Below, piece by piece: positions 17,901-19,698 of a DNA stretch of 19,698 nucleotides. The stretch comes from an archaeon (GTDB taxonomy: Archaea > Iainarchaeota > Iainarchaeia > Iainarchaeales > JAAZKV01). The DNA is taken from contig JAVHOV010000012.1 in assembly GCA_036170245.1 (NCBI GenBank), positions 1 through 19,698 on the forward strand. The letters are read 5' to 3'. The first letter of the stretch is position 1; every line of letters starts with the position of its first letter. The notes under the pieces were generated by a model. That model did no database searches and was not told where the DNA came from. It worked only from the letters and a program-made list of their open reading frames with translations. Both the position numbers and the translations under genes were made by a program.

Positions 17901-18179
17901 CGCATCCATATTTTCAAAAGCTTCATCTTTTGATTCAAAATCAGCTGCTGCATTTGGGTCTACAAATAGTTGAGGTTCAGTTACCTTGTCCTCTTCATCT
18001 TCTTCAAGTTCTTCATCAGCATCCTCATCTTCCTCATTTTCTTTTTTTTCAGTGTGAGGTTTTTTTGCATCTTTCTCTGCTAATTTTTCTTTAAGTCGCT
18101 TTAGTGCCTCTTTCTTTTCAGTATCTTCTCCAAAAACATCCTCAAAAGGATCCTTTTCATCAGCTTGCTCTTCAGGCAT
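14934..18179 (-). CDS. Large HerA/FtsK-superfamily P-loop ATPase with acidic N-terminus and C-terminal wHTH
   Basis: Walker A GARGSGKS, VVVDPIG, Walker B LFIDEAH, GRRPG arginine finger, ATQQPS; start ATG 18179 preferred over GTG 18188. Confidence 0.9.
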   Translation of the reverse strand: MPEEQADEKDPFEDVFGEDTEKKEALKRLKEKLAEKDAKKPHTEKKENEEDEDADEELEEDEEDKVTEPQLFVDPNAAADFESKDEAFENMDAGGKKKTNTKNNFESIVEDGLEKSIKGAEDPAKKNLKKEGKGYGGKLDLKVIIDEEEEESKPLPIERTIIKSVIKNKAMMSAKQEVKLNKVRLNENVPHGEETHDEMADAMLREEGTREEGVEIKEKNNDESEEENDDKRKMPRAQLPQDEENEETSSDGKIKPSLEFLTAKTGHAYIGRKKSVLAQYGEEGGLYVGRVKEKDKEGTDVYLDGLNPHVVFVCGARGSGKSYVLGVVAEELAIKNKNVGIVVVDPIGVFWSMKHPNKEAKELELLAKWDMMPRGLDNIKVFIPVGMKDSVPKSTYDAVFSIQPSLLTAEDWCLTFGIDRFSPTGLLMEKGIAKVKSGYTSIDGTREIRGKQNTFSLNDLVKCFEDDAELNDKEKGYKADSIRALVSRFDAAKNWGIFDDKGTSLGLLSRAGQMTILDTSFLDDSVSALVVGIFARRILAARKLGTRREAAGQFETEADITELVELNIPPTWLFIDEAHTLIPGGNAKTPASSALVEYVKQGRRPGCSLVFATQQPSAIDSRVLSQLDVIMAHKLVFDDDIKAIYKRTPTIVPGAYRKSNFIKTLPVGTALTGDRSETTSRAFVMNIRPRMSQHEGRDAETVEVKQEMDTDKVENLAVNIVKRQLEKDPSIRTESVQETIDTLNNTYKKSIQLATVMDMLNKNGIVEKEGKVFTKEVLEEIEEEAKAEKEKEMELEADQNPEVEKEAVANPKGQKKLPKDVLEFENDLNEIEERVELTALKQVIEEPQARKLLLGMAEKKFLFLDNEILDRLTLKHAQIYKVRYKYFSHKDAFHEGEAFIDSLTGEFIHDDRGTLKESKGLPIFLDLSEAETTVLKLIAEKKRTAKETAALMRMEEGNAKRVLETLAKKGLIAKFIDDRKNEIFAPGKIEMELPPTPLHEILPSIGKRPITEVDSAILIQPIMSEKEIPELLKKLWGNVAVKEITHLFLPVWEGVLKKKTGEERIVQIDAINGRPVKSLLE

Positions 18180-18273
18180 ATTAATCACAAAACTTAGTAA
18201 ATACTACAATCAGAAGGTTTTTGTCTTTAAATACTTTTTCGTAAGACCCATTTTGGTTAATTAAATTAGGGGG

Positions 18274-18822
18274 TTAATTAAAACTCAGTGAGTTTATTAA
18301 TTTGTCAAAGTCTTCAAGAACTGCTTTATTTTCTCCATCTGAATTTGGAGTTGCAATGGATATTGTCCACAAAATATTTTTATCTACTGTTAAAATAAAT
18401 GTTGTGCTTCCAGGTCCTATGAAAGCCTCATCAGAAATAACCTTGTAATATTTCGACCCGTTAATCTCAAAAAATTGTCCTTGGTTGATATCTTTTATTG
18501 ATCCATTATTTACATAATACTCTAAATCATAGTATCTCTTTGATTCATCCCAGCCAAATAACTTTAATTCGTAATCATCCAAAGGCATTATTCTACCTGA
18601 TATTGAAGGAGTTGGTAGTTGGGTATTGTTGTTAAATCTGACAGTATATATGCTTGAAGCATCATTAGTTGAAATATTTGCTTTTCCTAAATAATCAGGA
18701 TAAATAAATTTCAAATCAGGATTCTTATTTTCAAAAGTGAGATATTTTGTCTCTTGCTGAGTACACCCTATTAAAGTGACTAAGAAAAGCAAAGCTATTA
18801 GTCCAAAAATAAATTTTTTCAT
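18274..18822 (-). CDS. Putative lipoprotein, possibly PsbP/DcrB-like fold
   Basis: MKK, hydrophobic stretch, lipobox LIGC; KFIYP and FDKLINSLSF end motifs resemble PsbP-like proteins. Confidence 0.75.
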   Translation of the reverse strand: MKKFIFGLIALLFLVTLIGCTQQETKYLTFENKNPDLKFIYPDYLGKANISTNDASSIYTVRFNNNTQLPTPSISGRIMPLDDYELKLFGWDESKRYYDLEYYVNNGSIKDINQGQFFEINGSKYYKVISDEAFIGPGSTTFILTVDKNILWTISIATPNSDGENKAVLEDFDKLINSLSFN

Positions 18823-18952
18823 TTTTTCATAATTGTTAAGTAATTGAACTATAAAAACCTTTATTTTTCCAACAATTCGTGTTTTTTGTCCGAGTATTGT
18901 GAAAAATTGGTTTTTGAAAATAAGTATTTAAACTAAATGCTCTTTCATGTAA

Positions 18953-19073
18953 GCAGTGTTGGGAGTTACACTTTGTAAAATGCAAACATTTTGCGGGTGC
19001 ACGAAATAGCTTTAATGCTGTTTGGTGGAGGGGGCAAATCATACCGCTTGCGGATCCCTGGTTTGCTTCTCTT
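18953..19073 (+). ncRNA. Candidate structured RNA or 5' leader upstream of the CYTH gene
   Basis: TTTAAACT at 18927-18934; four or five stems with G-U pairs; G-CUUG-C tetraloop; GC-rich relative to flanks. Confidence 0.35.
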
Positions 19074-19102
19074 ATTCTTATAATCTAATTTTGGTGATTG
19101 AT

Positions 19103-19633
19103 TTGGCTATTGAATTAGAACGGACTTTCCTTGCAAAAGAAATTCCTAAAGGACTAAAAGCTTGTAAATCAAAAGAAATCAAGGATATTTACATTCCAAA
19201 ATCCATTGAAAAACATGCTCAAATAAGAATTCGAAAAAACGGGGACAAATATGAGATTACTAAAAAATCCCCAATAATTGAGGGAGATCACTCGCAAATG
19301 CTTGAACAAACTATTGTTCTTACCAAAGATGAGTTTTTAGAGTTAGAAAAAGAGATTTCTGGAAGAAAAGTATCAAAAATGAGGTACTATTACCCAGTAA
19401 ATGGGAGAATGGCAGAAGTGGATGTATTTAGTGAAGCACTAAGTGGACTTGTTTTAGTTGATTTTGAATTTGGAACAAATAAAGAAAAAGAATCCTTCAA
19501 GATGCCTTCTTTTTGCTTGGCTGAAGTGACTCAAGAAGATTTCATTGCTGGCGGAATACTTTGCGGAAAAGAGTACGCTGATTTAGAAAAAGATTTATCA
19601 AAATTTAATTACAAAAAATTGTTTTTGAAATAA
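19103..19633 (+). CDS. CYTH-domain (triphosphate tunnel metalloenzyme) protein
   Basis: IELERTF (ExExK-like), IRIRK, ITKK, KMRY, EVDVF, LVLVDFEF, EVT; TTG 19103 follows GGTGA at 19093-19097, so the track start 19022 is too early. Confidence 0.9.
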   Translation: MAIELERTFLAKEIPKGLKACKSKEIKDIYIPKSIEKHAQIRIRKNGDKYEITKKSPIIEGDHSQMLEQTIVLTKDEFLELEKEISGRKVSKMRYYYPVNGRMAEVDVFSEALSGLVLVDFEFGTNKEKESFKMPSFCLAEVTQEDFIAGGILCGKEYADLEKDLSKFNYKKLFLK

Positions 19634-19637
19634 TAAT

Positions 19638-19697
19638 TTACTTGGCTTTAGCAAAACCATTTAATATTGTTCTAACTCTTCTTTTATTGATGGCTAG
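19638..19697 (-). CDS. Possible 3' end of a gene entering from the right edge
   Basis: Open frame LAINKRRVRTILNGFAKAK-stop, convergent with the CYTH gene; too short to verify. Confidence 0.35.
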   Translation of the reverse strand, partial: LAINKRRVRTILNGFAKAK

Positions 19698-19698
19698 A

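Noticed and set aside
18851..18915. Imperfect hairpin upstream of the lipoprotein gene
   Set aside because: Mostly A/T-run pairing overlapping a promoter; may be chance
19022..19102. N-terminal extension of the CYTH ORF in the track
   Set aside because: CYTH domains begin at the ExExK motif, and the RBS supports TTG 19103
19121..19132. Minus-strand AAGGAAAGTCCG resembling the RNase P conserved region
   Set aside because: Lies inside the conserved ELERTFL codons of the CYTH gene with no other RNase P elements nearby
1..19698. CRISPR arrays, tRNA/rRNA genes, transposases, integrases, stop-codon recoding
   Set aside because: No spaced direct repeats, cloverleaf or recombinase motifs seen; conserved genes end normally at TAA, TAG and TGA

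Overview
AT-rich archaeal chromosomal segment using the standard genetic code, with TATA-type promoters and GGTGA ribosome-binding sites. Gene style suggests a DPANN-type lineage (inference only). The left part is the conserved ftsZ-secE-spt5-rpl11-rpl1-rpl10-rpl12 cluster, interrupted by two inserted genes. The rest encodes a membrane-anchored Lon-type (S16) protease, an SMC ATPase, a membrane protein, rpl44e, a winged-helix protein, a large HerA/FtsK-family ATPase, a lipoprotein and a CYTH protein. The best observation is the SMC protein: it has canonical condensin-type heads but no recognisable hinge, and carries a Rad50-style CPTC zinc-hook motif at its coiled-coil apex. Also notable are two TATA-preceded, G-U-rich structured non-coding stretches (about 6788-6955 and 18953-19073), structured leaders on translation genes, and a truncated stalk protein P0. 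No tRNA, rRNA, CRISPR array or mobile element was recognised.
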